From contig JBQTJP010000028.1 of the NCBI GenBank assembly GCA_052386995.1, positions 1 through 36,929 of the forward strand: 36,929 bases of DNA, given 5' to 3'. Source of the DNA: Armatimonadota bacterium (GTDB lineage Bacteria; Sysuimicrobiota; Sysuimicrobiia; Sysuimicrobiales; Humicultoraceae). The notes beneath the pieces are model-generated. The model saw only the letters and a list, made by a program, of their open reading frames with translations. It was not told where the DNA came from and ran no database searches. Position numbers and translations under genes: made by a program. Positions 1-11,900 of the stretch are shown here, one piece after another (positions within the stretch are counted from its first letter, which is position 1; every line of letters starts with the position of its first letter).

Positions 1-1364
1 TGGGGACCGGCTATGGCGTCGAGCATGCCTACCGCCTGCGGGCGGGGGAGGGCGTGGCCTTCTTCTATCGTCTCGAGAACAAGCTGCTCGGCGGGCAGGA
101 CACGCGTTTCACGATCAACCACCAGCATCGGTTGGGCGACGTCGCGCTGCGCCTGTACGCCGATTACCTGACGCGGACGTCGTCGCTTTCGCCATCGAGC
201 GACTTCTTCACGTCGCTGGACACATACTACCGCGGACCCCGATCGTCGACGACCTTCTTTCAAACCTACTCATCTCGGAGTTTCATCGGATTCGGATCGC
301 AGGCGTACACCGCGCGCCTCATCCACTCGCAGCAGCTGTCCGATGCGCTGTCGGCCGAGCTGGTGGCCGACGTGTCGCGAACGACGACGTTCCTGGGCAC
401 AGACGACGAGCTGTTTCCGCGCCTCACGCTCCGCTACCGCGGGGCGGGCTACACGGCCTTTCTCGTGGCCGAGGGGCGGATCGACATCGACGGCGGCGCG
501 TTTCCAGGCGATGTCCGCTTTGTGACCGAACGCCTTCCCGAGGTCTCGCTCGTTCTCGATTCGAAGCCCATCGGCGGCACGCGCCTGTTCTACCAACTCG
601 AGGGTGGTCTGGGCCGGTTCCGAGAGACGCAGTTCACCGGCGCGGTCGATGCGCTTCGCGCGGACGGCGGCGTGACGTTGACGGGGCCGCTCTATCAGTC
701 GCTTCAGGGGATCCTCAACCTTCGTGCGCAGGTGCGCGGGTCGGCGTACTCGACGGGTCACAGCCGTACGTTCGCCACCAGCCGCCTCGACTACACCCAC
801 GCGCTGTCGCAGGCCCTGCAGGGACAGGTCGGGATATCGTATCAGGATCAGGTCGGCACGACCCCGTTCACGTTCGACGTGCTCTCCGGGCGCGTGGCGC
901 AGGCCGACGCGACGCTCACCTATCGCCAGCCGAATCTGGCCGCGACGGCCACGGTCTCATTCGACGCGCTCTTCGGCCGCTGGTCCCCGCTGGTGGCCAG
1001 GGCGCAATATGTCCCCCGGCCGGGCTGGACGATCGCAGCCGCGATCGCCTACGAGCCCTCGCTGGGCATCCTGTCGCGTGCGGAGCTGTCGTTCGACATC
1101 AAGCTCAGCGCGGACTGGCAGGTGACCTACTACGGGTTCTATGATGGATTTAGCGGCCAGATCGTGCACGACCGAGTCATGCTCGCAAAGACCTGGGACG
1201 AGTGCCTGGTCACGGCGGTCACGTACCGGGGCCTCGGACGAGAGGTCTGGTTCGAGACCTGGCTGACGGCGCTGCCGTGGGCTCGAGGCCAGATCGGCAT
1301 CGGATCGCAGGGAAATCTATTGTTCAATCAGCCCTTTCCCTTTCTGGGGCTGGGGACGCGCTAG
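1..1364 (+). CDS. LptD/OstA-like outer-membrane beta-barrel protein, C-terminal part (gene starts before the window)
   Basis: Frame is open back to base 3 (GTGYGVEHAYRL...). Alternating aromatic/polar beta-strand pattern throughout, a 'TERLPEVSL' segment and a C-terminal '...WDECL..VTYR...EVWF' recall LptD-like barrels. Confidence 0.55.
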   Translation, partial: GTGYGVEHAYRLRAGEGVAFFYRLENKLLGGQDTRFTINHQHRLGDVALRLYADYLTRTSSLSPSSDFFTSLDTYYRGPRSSTTFFQTYSSRSFIGFGSQAYTARLIHSQQLSDALSAELVADVSRTTTFLGTDDELFPRLTLRYRGAGYTAFLVAEGRIDIDGGAFPGDVRFVTERLPEVSLVLDSKPIGGTRLFYQLEGGLGRFRETQFTGAVDALRADGGVTLTGPLYQSLQGILNLRAQVRGSAYSTGHSRTFATSRLDYTHALSQALQGQVGISYQDQVGTTPFTFDVLSGRVAQADATLTYRQPNLAATATVSFDALFGRWSPLVARAQYVPRPGWTIAAAIAYEPSLGILSRAELSFDIKLSADWQVTYYGFYDGFSGQIVHDRVMLAKTWDECLVTAVTYRGLGREVWFETWLTALPWARGQIGIGSQGNLLFNQPFPFLGLGTR

Positions 1365-1393
1365 GCCGGTCCGGGCGTAGGAGGCGGTTACCG

Positions 1394-1984
1394 ATGAGGT
1401 GGGCAAGCATTCTGTTGGCAATCGTAATGCTCGGGGCGATGACCCATGGGGCAGGCGCGCAGGCGGGGGCGCAGCTCGTGATCACCATGGCGGTCGCCGG
1501 GACGCTGCAGGACCGGGGCGGCACGTACTACATCGCTATGACGGTCAGCGACTCCCTGCTGGCCGGGCCGCAGCCCGACAGCACCAACTGGACCCACTAC
1601 GTCGCCTACCGCCAGGGGCGCTTCTTCTTCGGCACCGTCCCTCCGACGGTTACGCAGCCGTTCGGCTTCTATGCGATCCGGCCGCCCGCTCCGTTTCTCT
1701 ACGGGCAGGCCTCTGCCGACCGGCGGACCCTACGGGTCAGCGTGCCGCTCACCGACCTTCAAGTCAGCGCGTCGGTGCCCAGCCGGGTGCTGATAAATTT
1801 CGTGACGGTGAATGACTCGAACCGCACCCTCGACGCCCTGGGTCCTGGGGCATCCGATCGGCTGGGCTTCGTCACCGTGGAGCTTCGCCGGGACCTGTTC
1901 ATGACGGTGCGCGATCCGCAGGGTGATGCACCCGATCCCAACTTCGACATCACGGGCGGGGAGATCCGCATCGCGACGCCCTGA
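1394..1984 (+). CDS. Secreted hypothetical protein
   Basis: AGGAGG SD at ~1379-1384 before ATG 1394; signal peptide MRWASILLAIVMLGAMTHGAGA|Q; beta-rich mature part. Confidence 0.7.
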   Translation: MRWASILLAIVMLGAMTHGAGAQAGAQLVITMAVAGTLQDRGGTYYIAMTVSDSLLAGPQPDSTNWTHYVAYRQGRFFFGTVPPTVTQPFGFYAIRPPAPFLYGQASADRRTLRVSVPLTDLQVSASVPSRVLINFVTVNDSNRTLDALGPGASDRLGFVTVELRRDLFMTVRDPQGDAPDPNFDITGGEIRIATP

Positions 1985-2023
1985 TGATCGGACAAATTTG
2001 ACTCTCGCGAACGAGGTGTCCGC

Positions 2024-3787
2024 GTGAATCTACGGCGTGATGGTCTCTTGATCGCAGTTGTGCTGGTCACCTCGGCCTGTGGTGGTGGGGTTCCCGGCGT
2101 GGCGATGCCTACGCCCACACCGACGACCACACCGCCGCCTGGAGGGATCGGCACCGTGAGCGGCACGGCCACGGTGGCCGCGTCTGGCGCGGCTCGGGCG
2201 GCCGCTCAGCCCGCGCTACCGCTGCGCACACGCATCAATCGGCCCACGCAAGTACCGGATCAACTGCTGGTGAAGTTTCGGCCCGCCGCGAGTGCGAACG
2301 CGGCGGGGCTCCACGCGCAGGTCGGAGCCTCAGTTCTGCGCACGATCGACCGACTGGAGGTGCAGGTCGTACGCCTGCGTCCCGGCACGTCAGCACAGCA
2401 GGCCATCGCTGCGTACCGAACTTCAGGTCTGGTCGAGTTCGTCGAACAGGACGGCTACGTGTACGCGAGCGCGGTCCCCAACGACCCGTCGTTTGGTGCG
2501 CAGTGGCACTACCCGCAGATCAACCTGCCGACTGCGTGGGACACGACGACCGGGGGTCCGGTGATCGTCGCGGTTCTCGACACGGGCTATCGGAGCGATC
2601 ACCCCGATGCTGGCGTCACGGTGACGGGATTTGATTTCATTGCGAGGACAGACAATGGGGACGGCGATGGACGTGACGGCGACCCGACCGATCCCGGGTG
2701 TCCCGACATCGCCCCATCGGAACGCAGCCACGGCACGCACGTGGCGGGCACGGTGGCCACACGGACGAACAACGGCCTGGGTGTCGCGGGAGTAAACTGG
2801 GGTGGGGCGGCGGGGACCAGGCTGATGATCCTGAGAGTGTTGGGACAGATCCTGCCTTCAGGACCCCCCCCCAATCCGGACGACTGCGGAGTGGGCTTCT
2901 TCTCGGACATCGTGGACGCGCTCATCTACGCTGCCGACCACGGTGCGAAAGTCGCCAACATGAGCCTGGGGTGCACAGGCGCTCCTCCCGCATGCACCAG
3001 TTCAACGTTGGACGCAGCCATTGCGTATGCATTTGGTCTCGGCGTGACTATGGTGGCGGCAGCGGGCAACACCGGACTATGCCCTGCAGGGGGGATAGAC
3101 TATCCAGCGCGTCATGCGATGGTCATTCCTGTCGGGGCGACCACGATCAGCAATGCGCGTGCCCCTTACTCATCATGCGGCCCTGAGCTTGCGGCCAACG
3201 GAGTCGTCGCCCCGGGAGGCGACGGAAGTGCCGGCGTCTTGAGTACCACCTGGAGCATATCGGGAGGGCACATGTACTTTCCTTTCCAGGGGACATCGAT
3301 GGCGACCCCCCACGTCGCCGGGCTTGCTGCGTTGATGATCTCGCGCGGCATCACCGGACCGGCCGCCATTCGATCGGCGTTGCGAAGTACCGCGACATGC
3401 TTGAGCCCCCCGTGTCCTAACAACGAGTTCGGCGCAGGCCTGGTCAACGCGGCCGCAGCGATTGGCGGGGGCGCCGGTCCTACTCGCATGTGTGCTTTCT
3501 CAGGGGTCGTTAGCGGAACGACGATTACGCGCGAGAGCGACATGCGGCCGGTCCTCTCCAACGGCACGTTCACGATCACAAACGCCCAGTCCGGGGTGAA
3601 GACCGTCTTCGTGTGGCAGGATGTTGACGGCTCGATGACCGTTACGCCCGGCGACATCTACGGAGAGACGCCCGGCGTGCCGATTTTCCCCGGAGGTACG
3701 ACCTCCGGGGTCGGCGTGACCGTGCAGACACGGGCGGTGGGCTCGTCTCCCTTGACGATCGCCGGAGGCGCCGCGGCCTGCCCGTAG
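2024..3787 (+). CDS. S8 subtilisin-like serine peptidase, lipoprotein
   Basis: Lipobox LVTSAC, Pro/Thr linker, I9-like prodomain (DQLLVKFR), catalytic VAVLDTG, HGTHVAG, GTSMATPHVAG, oxyanion AAAGN. Confidence 0.93.
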   Translation: MNLRRDGLLIAVVLVTSACGGGVPGVAMPTPTPTTTPPPGGIGTVSGTATVAASGAARAAAQPALPLRTRINRPTQVPDQLLVKFRPAASANAAGLHAQVGASVLRTIDRLEVQVVRLRPGTSAQQAIAAYRTSGLVEFVEQDGYVYASAVPNDPSFGAQWHYPQINLPTAWDTTTGGPVIVAVLDTGYRSDHPDAGVTVTGFDFIARTDNGDGDGRDGDPTDPGCPDIAPSERSHGTHVAGTVATRTNNGLGVAGVNWGGAAGTRLMILRVLGQILPSGPPPNPDDCGVGFFSDIVDALIYAADHGAKVANMSLGCTGAPPACTSSTLDAAIAYAFGLGVTMVAAAGNTGLCPAGGIDYPARHAMVIPVGATTISNARAPYSSCGPELAANGVVAPGGDGSAGVLSTTWSISGGHMYFPFQGTSMATPHVAGLAALMISRGITGPAAIRSALRSTATCLSPPCPNNEFGAGLVNAAAAIGGGAGPTRMCAFSGVVSGTTITRESDMRPVLSNGTFTITNAQSGVKTVFVWQDVDGSMTVTPGDIYGETPGVPIFPGGTTSGVGVTVQTRAVGSSPLTIAGGAAACP

Positions 3788-3803
3788 GACGACCGGTGCT
3801 GCG

Positions 3804-3832
3804 TGGACGCCCGCGCGGTTGCACGCTATAAT
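3804..3832 (+). promoter_or_regulatory. Sigma70/SigA promoter for tRNA-tilS
   Basis: TGGACG-N17-TATAAT, 11 nt before the tRNA. Confidence 0.75.
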
Positions 3833-3843
3833 GACGATGTCGT

Positions 3844-3920
3844 GGCGGCGTAGCTCAGCTGGTTAGAGCACGCGGCTCATACCCGCGGAGTCGGGAGTTC
3901 GAGTCTCCCCGCCGCCACCA
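3844..3920 (+). tRNA. tRNA-Met(CAT), probably elongator
   Basis: Cloverleaf: acceptor GGCGGCG/CGCCGCC, D-arm GCTC/GAGC, anticodon arm CGCGG-CTCATAC-CCGCG, T-arm GGGAG-TTCGAGT-CTCCC, encoded ACCA. Paired G1-C72 argues against an initiator. Confidence 0.95.
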
Positions 3921-3965
3921 TCGTTCCGCCGGTGCCGCGCAGGCCGGTAGTTGGGTTCGTGACCC

Positions 3966-5018
3966 ATGCCCGCCAGCCTCACTCCCCACCAGATCGTACA
4001 GCGAGTTCGCCAGACATTGCGTCGCGAGCAGATGCTCTCCGGCGGCGAGGCTGTCGTCGTTGCCACCTCCGGCGGCCCAGAGTCCATGGCCCTGCTGCAC
4101 GTGCTGCGACGCTTGCAAGACGAGTTTCGCCTTCGGCTCCATGCCGTGCACGTAGATCACGGCCTGCACCGGGCGAGCCGGGCTCACGCGGACTTCGTCC
4201 GGCAGACAGCGCGCGCATGGGGTATCCCCGTCTTTGTTCGTCACAGAAATGTGCGGGCATATGCAACACGCCACCGGCTGACCCTCGAGGAAGCGGCCCG
4301 CAAGCTGCGATACATCGTGCTGGCCGCCGCCGCGCGGCGGGTCCGGGCGACACACATTGCGACGGGGCACACCGCCGATGATCAGGCCGAGACGGTATTG
4401 CTCTGGTTGCTTCGGGGCGCCGGCGCCGACGGGCTGGCGGGAATGCCGGCGACGAGACCTCACGATGGGCTGCGCGTGATTCGCCCCCTTCTGGGCGTGA
4501 GGCGCGATGAGATCATCGCGTATCTTGCCGCCGAAGGGGTGCGCTGGCGGATAGACCCGACGAATCGATCCCGCGTGCCGCTGCGCAATCGCATCCGACA
4601 GGACTTGCTTCCGCATCTTGCTGGGTATAATCCCGGTATCAAGGCGGTGCTCCAGCGGCTCGCGCTTCAAGTAGCGGATGATGCGGCGCTGCTGGATCAC
4701 CTGGCGGACGAGGCCGCGGATGTGATCGTCCGCCGCAACGGCGGCCGCGGCCGGGTGACGATCGACGTCCCCCGGTTCCGGACATTGCCCGTCGCGCTGC
4801 AGCGCCGGGTGGCGCACCAGGCTCTACTGGGGGCCGGCGGGAACATTCGCGATCTGGCGTTCGTCCATATCGAATGGATCCGGTTGATGGCCGCGGGGGG
4901 ACGACGGGATGAGCGTGCTGACCTTCCTGGGCTCCGCGCACATCGCACCGCCGGCGGCATCGCGATCGCGCGCACGCGCAAGCGCGAGAGCATCCGCCCC
5001 AGGAGCCGGATCGTATAG
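3966..5018 (+). CDS. tilS: tRNA(Ile)-lysidine synthetase
   Basis: PP-loop SGGPES, HVDHGL, EEAARKLRY, TGHTADDQAETVL, RPLL, DPTN, RNRIR; usual position upstream of ftsH. Confidence 0.93.
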   Translation: MPASLTPHQIVQRVRQTLRREQMLSGGEAVVVATSGGPESMALLHVLRRLQDEFRLRLHAVHVDHGLHRASRAHADFVRQTARAWGIPVFVRHRNVRAYATRHRLTLEEAARKLRYIVLAAAARRVRATHIATGHTADDQAETVLLWLLRGAGADGLAGMPATRPHDGLRVIRPLLGVRRDEIIAYLAAEGVRWRIDPTNRSRVPLRNRIRQDLLPHLAGYNPGIKAVLQRLALQVADDAALLDHLADEAADVIVRRNGGRGRVTIDVPRFRTLPVALQRRVAHQALLGAGGNIRDLAFVHIEWIRLMAAGGRRDERADLPGLRAHRTAGGIAIARTRKRESIRPRSRIV

Positions 5019-5039
5019 GTAGTATAGGTAGGTAGGTAG
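5013..5039. repeat. Short tandem repeat GTATAGGTA x2 plus GGTA units
   Basis: Sequence gtataggta gtataggta ggta ggta g; six TAG triplets at 5016, 5020, 5025, 5029, 5033, 5037. Confidence 0.8.
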
Positions 5040-5052
5040 CGTATACGGAGGA

Positions 5053-5061
5053 TGGTATAAT
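5053..5061 (+). promoter_or_regulatory. Extended -10 promoter of ftsH
   Basis: TGgTATAAT, about 50 nt upstream of the ftsH start. Confidence 0.7.
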
Positions 5062-5112
5062 CGGGGGCGCGACGGACCAATCGGTTGCTACCCGCCGGAG
5101 GATCGCTGGCAC

Positions 5113-7023
5113 GTGACGAACCGCTATCTCCGCAACCTCATTGTCTGGGCCGTCATCCTGGCGGTCGCATTTCCGTTCGCCCTGCAGCTGTGGCGGCGCA
5201 CGCCGAAAGAAGTTCTCGATTACAGCGTGTTCGTCGAGCAGGTTCAGGCGGGGCAGGTCACCCAGGTCGAGATCGGCGACGGCAAGGTCGAAGGCCGCCT
5301 CAAGAGCGGCCAGCAGTTCACGACCTATCTGCCTCAGGGGGACACATCGTACATCGAGCTGCTCAAGGCCAAGGGCGTCCTCATCAGGGTCGAGCCGCGC
5401 TCGCGCTCGAGTCTCTGGCCCAGCCTGCTGTCGACGCTCCTCCCCATTGTCCTGCTGGTCGGTCTGTGGATGCTCATGCTTCGGCAGGCGCAGTCTGGCA
5501 GCAACCAGGCGATGTCGTTCGGCAAGAGCCGTGCGCGGCTGCACACCGACAACAAACCCAAGGTCACGTTTGCAGACGTCGCCGGTGTGGATGAAGCCAA
5601 GGAGGAGCTCCAGGAGATCATCGAGTTCCTCAAGTATCCCAAGAAGTTCCAGGCGCTGGGCGCGAAGATCCCGCGGGGCGTGCTGCTGGTCGGGCCGCCC
5701 GGCTCGGGCAAGACCCTTCTGGCCAAGGCCGTCGCCGGCGAAGCAGGTGTGCCGTTCTTCTCGATCTCCGGTTCGGAGTTCGTCGAGATGTTCGTGGGCG
5801 TGGGCGCGTCCCGCGTGCGCGACCTGTTCGACCAGGCCAAGAAGAGCGCGCCCTGTCTGGTGTTCATCGATGAGATCGACGCGGTCGGCCGGCAGCGCGG
5901 CGCGGGGCTGGGCGGCGGCCACGACGAGCGCGAGCAGACGCTGAACCAGCTGCTGGTCGAGATGGACGGCTTCGATCCCAACAGCGGCATTATCGTCATC
6001 GCAGCCACCAACCGGCCCGACATCCTGGATCCGGCGCTGCTGCGGCCCGGGCGGTTCGACCGGCGCATCATCGTGGACAATCCCGACACCAAAGGACGCC
6101 GCGCGATCCTCGACGTGCACGCGCGGGGCAAGCCCGTGGCCGAAGACGTCAACCTCGAGACGCTGGCCAAGCGCACGCCAGGATTCTCCGGCGCCGACCT
6201 GGCCAACACGATCAACGAGGCGGCGCTCCTCGCCGCGCGACGCAACAAGAAGAAGATCAGCGCGTCGGAGTTGAACGAAGCCATCGAGCGCGTCATCGCG
6301 GGCCCGCAGCGGCGTAGCCGCGTGCTGACGCCGCGCGAGCGGGAGCTGGCCGCCTTTCACGAAGCGGGGCACGTCGTGGTTTCGAAAGTCACCCCGGGCG
6401 CCGATCCGCCGCAGAAAGTCACCATCCTGCCCCGCGGTATGGCGCTGGGCTACGTGATGTACGCGCCCCCGGAGGACAAGTACACCTACACACGGCAGGA
6501 GATTCTGGCCCGTATCGCCACCAGCCTCGGCGGCCGTGTCGCAGAAGAGATTGTCTTCGGCGAGATCACGACCGGCGCGCAGAACGACTTCGAGCAGGCG
6601 ACCGAGCAGGCCCGGAAGATGGTCACCGAATTCGGCATGTCTGACAAGCTCGGCCCGCTGTCCCTGGGCAAGCGGCACGGCCCGGTGTTCCTGGGGCGCG
6701 ACCTGGTCGAGAGCCGGAACTACAGCGAAGAGATCGCGTACGAGATCGACAAGGAAATCCGACGCATCATCGACGAGTGCTACGAGCGGGCCCACAAGGT
6801 GGTCGCTGACCACCGCGAGGCGCTCGAGCGCATTGCCAGGGCACTGCTTGAGCAGGAGAGCCTGGAGGCCGATGAGCTCGACCGGCTCTTCGCAGGCGAG
6901 GCGCCCGCAGCGGCCGAGGCCCCGGCGGCGGCCGCGCAAGCTGAGCCGGTGTCGCCCGATGGGCGCACCCGGCCCGAGGCCCCGCTGCCCAGGCTACGCG
7001 CCAAGCCCGAAGCGTCCGGATAG
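5113..7023 (+). CDS. ftsH: ATP-dependent zinc metalloprotease FtsH
   Basis: Two TM helices, Walker [26 protein letters not shown], Walker B FIDEID, SRH RPGRFDR, HEAGH zinc motif. Confidence 0.98.
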   Translation: MTNRYLRNLIVWAVILAVAFPFALQLWRRTPKEVLDYSVFVEQVQAGQVTQVEIGDGKVEGRLKSGQQFTTYLPQGDTSYIELLKAKGVLIRVEPRSRSSLWPSLLSTLLPIVLLVGLWMLMLRQAQSGSNQAMSFGKSRARLHTDNKPKVTFADVAGVDEAKEELQEIIEFLKYPKKFQALGAKIPRGVLLVGPPGSGKTLLAKAVAGEAGVPFFSISGSEFVEMFVGVGASRVRDLFDQAKKSAPCLVFIDEIDAVGRQRGAGLGGGHDEREQTLNQLLVEMDGFDPNSGIIVIAATNRPDILDPALLRPGRFDRRIIVDNPDTKGRRAILDVHARGKPVAEDVNLETLAKRTPGFSGADLANTINEAALLAARRNKKKISASELNEAIERVIAGPQRRSRVLTPRERELAAFHEAGHVVVSKVTPGADPPQKVTILPRGMALGYVMYAPPEDKYTYTRQEILARIATSLGGRVAEEIVFGEITTGAQNDFEQATEQARKMVTEFGMSDKLGPLSLGKRHGPVFLGRDLVESRNYSEEIAYEIDKEIRRIIDECYERAHKVVADHREALERIARALLEQESLEADELDRLFAGEAPAAAEAPAAAAQAEPVSPDGRTRPEAPLPRLRAKPEASG

Positions 7024-7109
7024 CTCACCCTCTGCGGCCTGCGCGTCCCCACCCGCAATCGGGTACCCGGCCAGGGGCCGTGCGCGGCTTCGCCGAACTT
7101 TTCCTTGAT

Positions 7110-7721
7110 ATGCCGGTCACTATCGAGGTCCCCGACGTTCCGGTGCAGCCGGCGGTCAGCGTGCCCGCCGCGACGAGCGCCCTCATCGTCGTGGATATGC
7201 AGAATGACTTCGTCTCCCAGGGCGGCGCGCTCGTGGTCCCCGATGCCGCCGCCACGGTTCCCGTGATTGCCACGCTGCTGCGCCGGTCGCGCGCGGCGGG
7301 CGTCCGCATATACTACACGCAGGACACACACCAGCCCGGCGATCCCGAGTTTCCGATCTGGGGGGAGCACGTGCTGGAGGGCACGTGGGGCTGGCAGATC
7401 GTCGACGCCCTGCGACCTCCGTCGGGCGAGCGCGGCGCGGTCCGCGTGATCCAAAAGCTGCGCTATGACGGCTTCTTTGGGACGTCGCTGGACCATGAGC
7501 TACGGCTTGCCGGCATTCAGACCGTCATCGTGTGCGGCACCGTGGCGAATATCTGCGTCCTGCACACGGCGGGCAGCGCCGCGATCCGCGGCTACCAGGT
7601 GATTCTGCCGGTCGACGCGGTGTCCGCGCTTACCCCATTCGACCTCCAGGTGGCGATCCGGCAGGTGTCGTTCTTGTACCGGGGGACCATTACGCGGTCG
7701 ACGGCGCTTACGTTTACTTAA
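7110..7721 (+). CDS. Isochorismatase/cysteine hydrolase family (nicotinamidase-like)
   Basis: VVDMQNDF, QDTH, WGEH, KLRYDGF, GTVANICV (D-K-C triad). Confidence 0.9.
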   Translation: MPVTIEVPDVPVQPAVSVPAATSALIVVDMQNDFVSQGGALVVPDAAATVPVIATLLRRSRAAGVRIYYTQDTHQPGDPEFPIWGEHVLEGTWGWQIVDALRPPSGERGAVRVIQKLRYDGFFGTSLDHELRLAGIQTVIVCGTVANICVLHTAGSAAIRGYQVILPVDAVSALTPFDLQVAIRQVSFLYRGTITRSTALTFT

Positions 7722-7735
7722 TCGGAGGTGGCCAG

Positions 7736-8218
7736 GTGGCCAGCACGCGCCCTAAGGGGCTCGCACGGAAAACCGGGATCAATGTCGTTCCCATTCTCAT
7801 TTATGTCGCGATCGCCCTCGCCGTGACCGCGGGTATGTACGTCTGGGACCTCCAGTACCGCAGGGCGCAGGAAGATCTCCGCCGGCCGCCGGCGCCCGAA
7901 GTCATCGCCAAGAATCTCGTCGAAAATATCGTAGGCCCGAACAGCGTCAAAGAAGTAAAGGTCGACCGTGAGAAGAAGGCGGTCACGCTTACATTCGACT
8001 CTGCGCTGTATCGTGCCGACAAACCAAAGAAGGAACTCCGGGAGCTTCTGGAGGCAGAGGCGACGCTCGCCATTGGAGCCATTCTTCAGCAGATGCGGGA
8101 CTTCGGGCAGGTTACGGTGACGCTGACCAACAAGGGGAAGACGCTCGCGGTCGGCGAGGGGGCGCGCGGCAAAGACAAGGTGTCGATGACCTTCGTGGAC
8201 GAGCGGCTGAAGGACTAG
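7736..8218 (+). CDS. Hypothetical membrane-anchored protein
   Basis: GGAGG SD at 7724-7728, GTG 7736; one TM helix (VVPILIYVAIALAVTAGMYVW), then a Lys/Glu-rich soluble domain. Confidence 0.7.
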   Translation: MASTRPKGLARKTGINVVPILIYVAIALAVTAGMYVWDLQYRRAQEDLRRPPAPEVIAKNLVENIVGPNSVKEVKVDREKKAVTLTFDSALYRADKPKKELRELLEAEATLAIGAILQQMRDFGQVTVTLTNKGKTLAVGEGARGKDKVSMTFVDERLKD

Positions 8219-8229
8219 CCGCCGGCTTC

Positions 8230-9743
8230 ATGCAGGTCGAGATCGGCGCGACGCTCACCATAGAAGACGTCGCCGCCGTGGCCCGTCGTGGCGCGACCGT
8301 GACGATGGCCCCGAAGGCGCGTGGTGCCGTCGCCGCCTCGCGGGACCAGGTCGACCGCCTGATCGCGGAGGGCGCGCCCATCTACGCGATCACCACCGGC
8401 GTGGGCAGGCTGGCCTCGGTGCGCATCTCACCACAAGACTCCGCCCGACTTCAACTGAACATCGTCCGCAGCCACGCGGCCGGGGTCGGCCCACCCCTGC
8501 CGGAGGATGTCGTGCGGGCGATGCTGTTGCTGCGCGCCCACGGCTTGGCGCTCGGCTACTCGGGCGTGCGCGAGGAAGTCATCGAGCTCCACCTGGCCTG
8601 CCTGAATCACGGAATCCACCCCGTGGTGCCAGCGCAGGGCTCGGTCGGCGCCAGCGGCGACCTGGCGCCACTTGCGCATGTGGCGCTGGCGCTCATCGGA
8701 GAAGGAGAGGTCATCGCCGGAGGCGTCCGACAGGCGGCGGCCGAGGCGCTGCGGGCGGCCGGACTGAGCCCGCTGCGGCTGGCCCCCAAAGAAGGCGTGG
8801 CGCTGGTCAACGGCACGCAGCTCATGACCGCGTCTGGCGCGCTGACGCTTCACAGGGCGCGTCGCATGTGCGCGGCCGCCGACGCCGCCGGGGCGATGTC
8901 GCTGGAGGCGCTGCGCGGCCGGTCCGAGGCGTTTCACCCGCGGCTGCACGAGGTACGGCCGCACGGGGGTCAGCAGATCAGCGCCGCGAACGTGCGCCGC
9001 ATGACCGCGGGCAGCACGCTGCTCGACAGTGACCCTGAGCGCGTCCAGGATGCCTACGCGCTCCGATGCCTCCCCCAGGTGCACGGCGCGGCCCGCGACG
9101 CGGTCGCCTACGCCTGCGGGGTCGTCGAGGTGGAGATCAACGCTGCGACAGACAACCCCCTGCTCTTTCCCGACCAGGGCCTCGTCTTGTCGGGAGGCAA
9201 CTTTCACGGCCAGCCGGTCGCTCTCGCGCTCGACTTCGTGTCCGTGGCACTCGCGGGGTTCGGGACCATGATCGAGCGGCGCATCGAGCGGCTGGTGAAT
9301 CCGGCATTGTCCGGGCTGCCCGCCTTTTTGTCGCCGGACGGCGGGCTGCACTCGGGCCTGATGCTGGCGCAGTACACCGCGGCCGCGCTGGCTTCCGAGA
9401 ACAAAGTGCTGGCGCATCCCGCCAGCGCGGACAGCATCCCGACCTCGGCCAACCAGGAAGACCACGTCAGTATGGGCGCCGCGGCGGCGCGCAAGGCGGC
9501 CCAGATCGCCACACATATAGAGCAGCTCGTGGGCATCGAGTTGCTCTGCGCAGCCCAGGCGCTGGAGTTCCGCGAGAAGGCCAGGATGGGACGCGGGACC
9601 GCCGCCGCATACGCCGCCGTACGGAAGGCCATCCCGCCTCTGGACGACGATCGCGTGCTGGCGCCCGATCTGGCCGCCGCTGCCGCCCTGGTGCGCGACG
9701 GCTCCGTGCTGGAGGCGGTGGCAGGACCCGCAGGAGCCCTGCA

Positions 9744-9747
<4 letters not shown>
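8230..9747 (+). CDS. hutH: Histidine ammonia-lyase
   Basis: MIO-forming [51 protein letters not shown]. Confidence 0.96.
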
Positions 9748-11405
<1,658 letters not shown>

Positions 11406-11437
11406 CGTATAGTGGCGCGGGGCCACCGGGCGCTGCG

Positions 11438-11464
11438 GCAGGAGTCCCGGAGCACCTGGGGAAT
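11438..11464 (+). promoter_or_regulatory. SigH-type promoter of the ASCH gene
   Basis: GCAGGA-N17-GAAT, matching the Firmicute SigH consensus AGGA-N17/18-GAAT. Confidence 0.6.
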
Positions 11465-11501
11465 CTGCCGGGGACATCATGGCCGCCGCCGGAGGGGGTC
11501 G

Positions 11502-11900
11502 ATGCACGCGTTGTACGCGTTGAACTTCTACTCGTCCCTGTTTGCTGATTCGCTTCGGCAGGGCGTGAAGACCGTCACGATCCGGCTGGGCAACAAAATG
11601 GATAAGTATCGCGACGGCCAGGTCGTATGGATTACCGTAGGCCGTCGATTCGGAACGCGCCGGAAGATTTTCCCCGCCATTATCGACCGGGTCGAAGTGA
11701 AGCGCCTGGCGGAGGTGACGCCGCGCGAGATCGAGCGCGATAATCGCCAGCTGCGCCGGCATGAAGACCTGATAGATTTCCTCTCCAAGATCTACGGGCA
11801 GTCCGTCACGCTCGACGATGAGGTCTCGGTGATTTACTTTTCGAGGATCGAAGAAGCGCCGCCTGGCACCGATCAAGAGCCTTCCGGCGGGCCCGGCTAG
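11502..11900 (+). CDS. ASCH-domain (PUA-like) RNA-binding protein
   Basis: GGAGGGGG SD, ATG 11502; LNFYSSLFADSLRQGVKTVTIR (GxKxxTxR), ...LIDFLSKIYG...VSVIYF. Confidence 0.85.
   Translation: MHALYALNFYSSLFADSLRQGVKTVTIRLGNKMDKYRDGQVVWITVGRRFGTRRKIFPAIIDRVEVKRLAEVTPREIERDNRQLRRHEDLIDFLSKIYGQSVTLDDEVSVIYFSRIEEAPPGTDQEPSGGPG

Noticed and set aside
3900..3965. tRNA as an integration site
   Set aside because: No integrase and no duplicated tRNA 3' end seen in the window.
4639..6939. 766-aa minus-strand ORF, and the many other long antisense or alternate-frame ORFs
   Set aside because: Shadows of GC-rich genes such as ftsH and clpC; Arg/Gly/Pro-rich with no recognisable motifs.
9066..9743. 226-aa N-terminal extension of HutU in the ORF track
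   Set aside because: Lies inside hutH in another frame; urocanase homology starts at GTG 9744.
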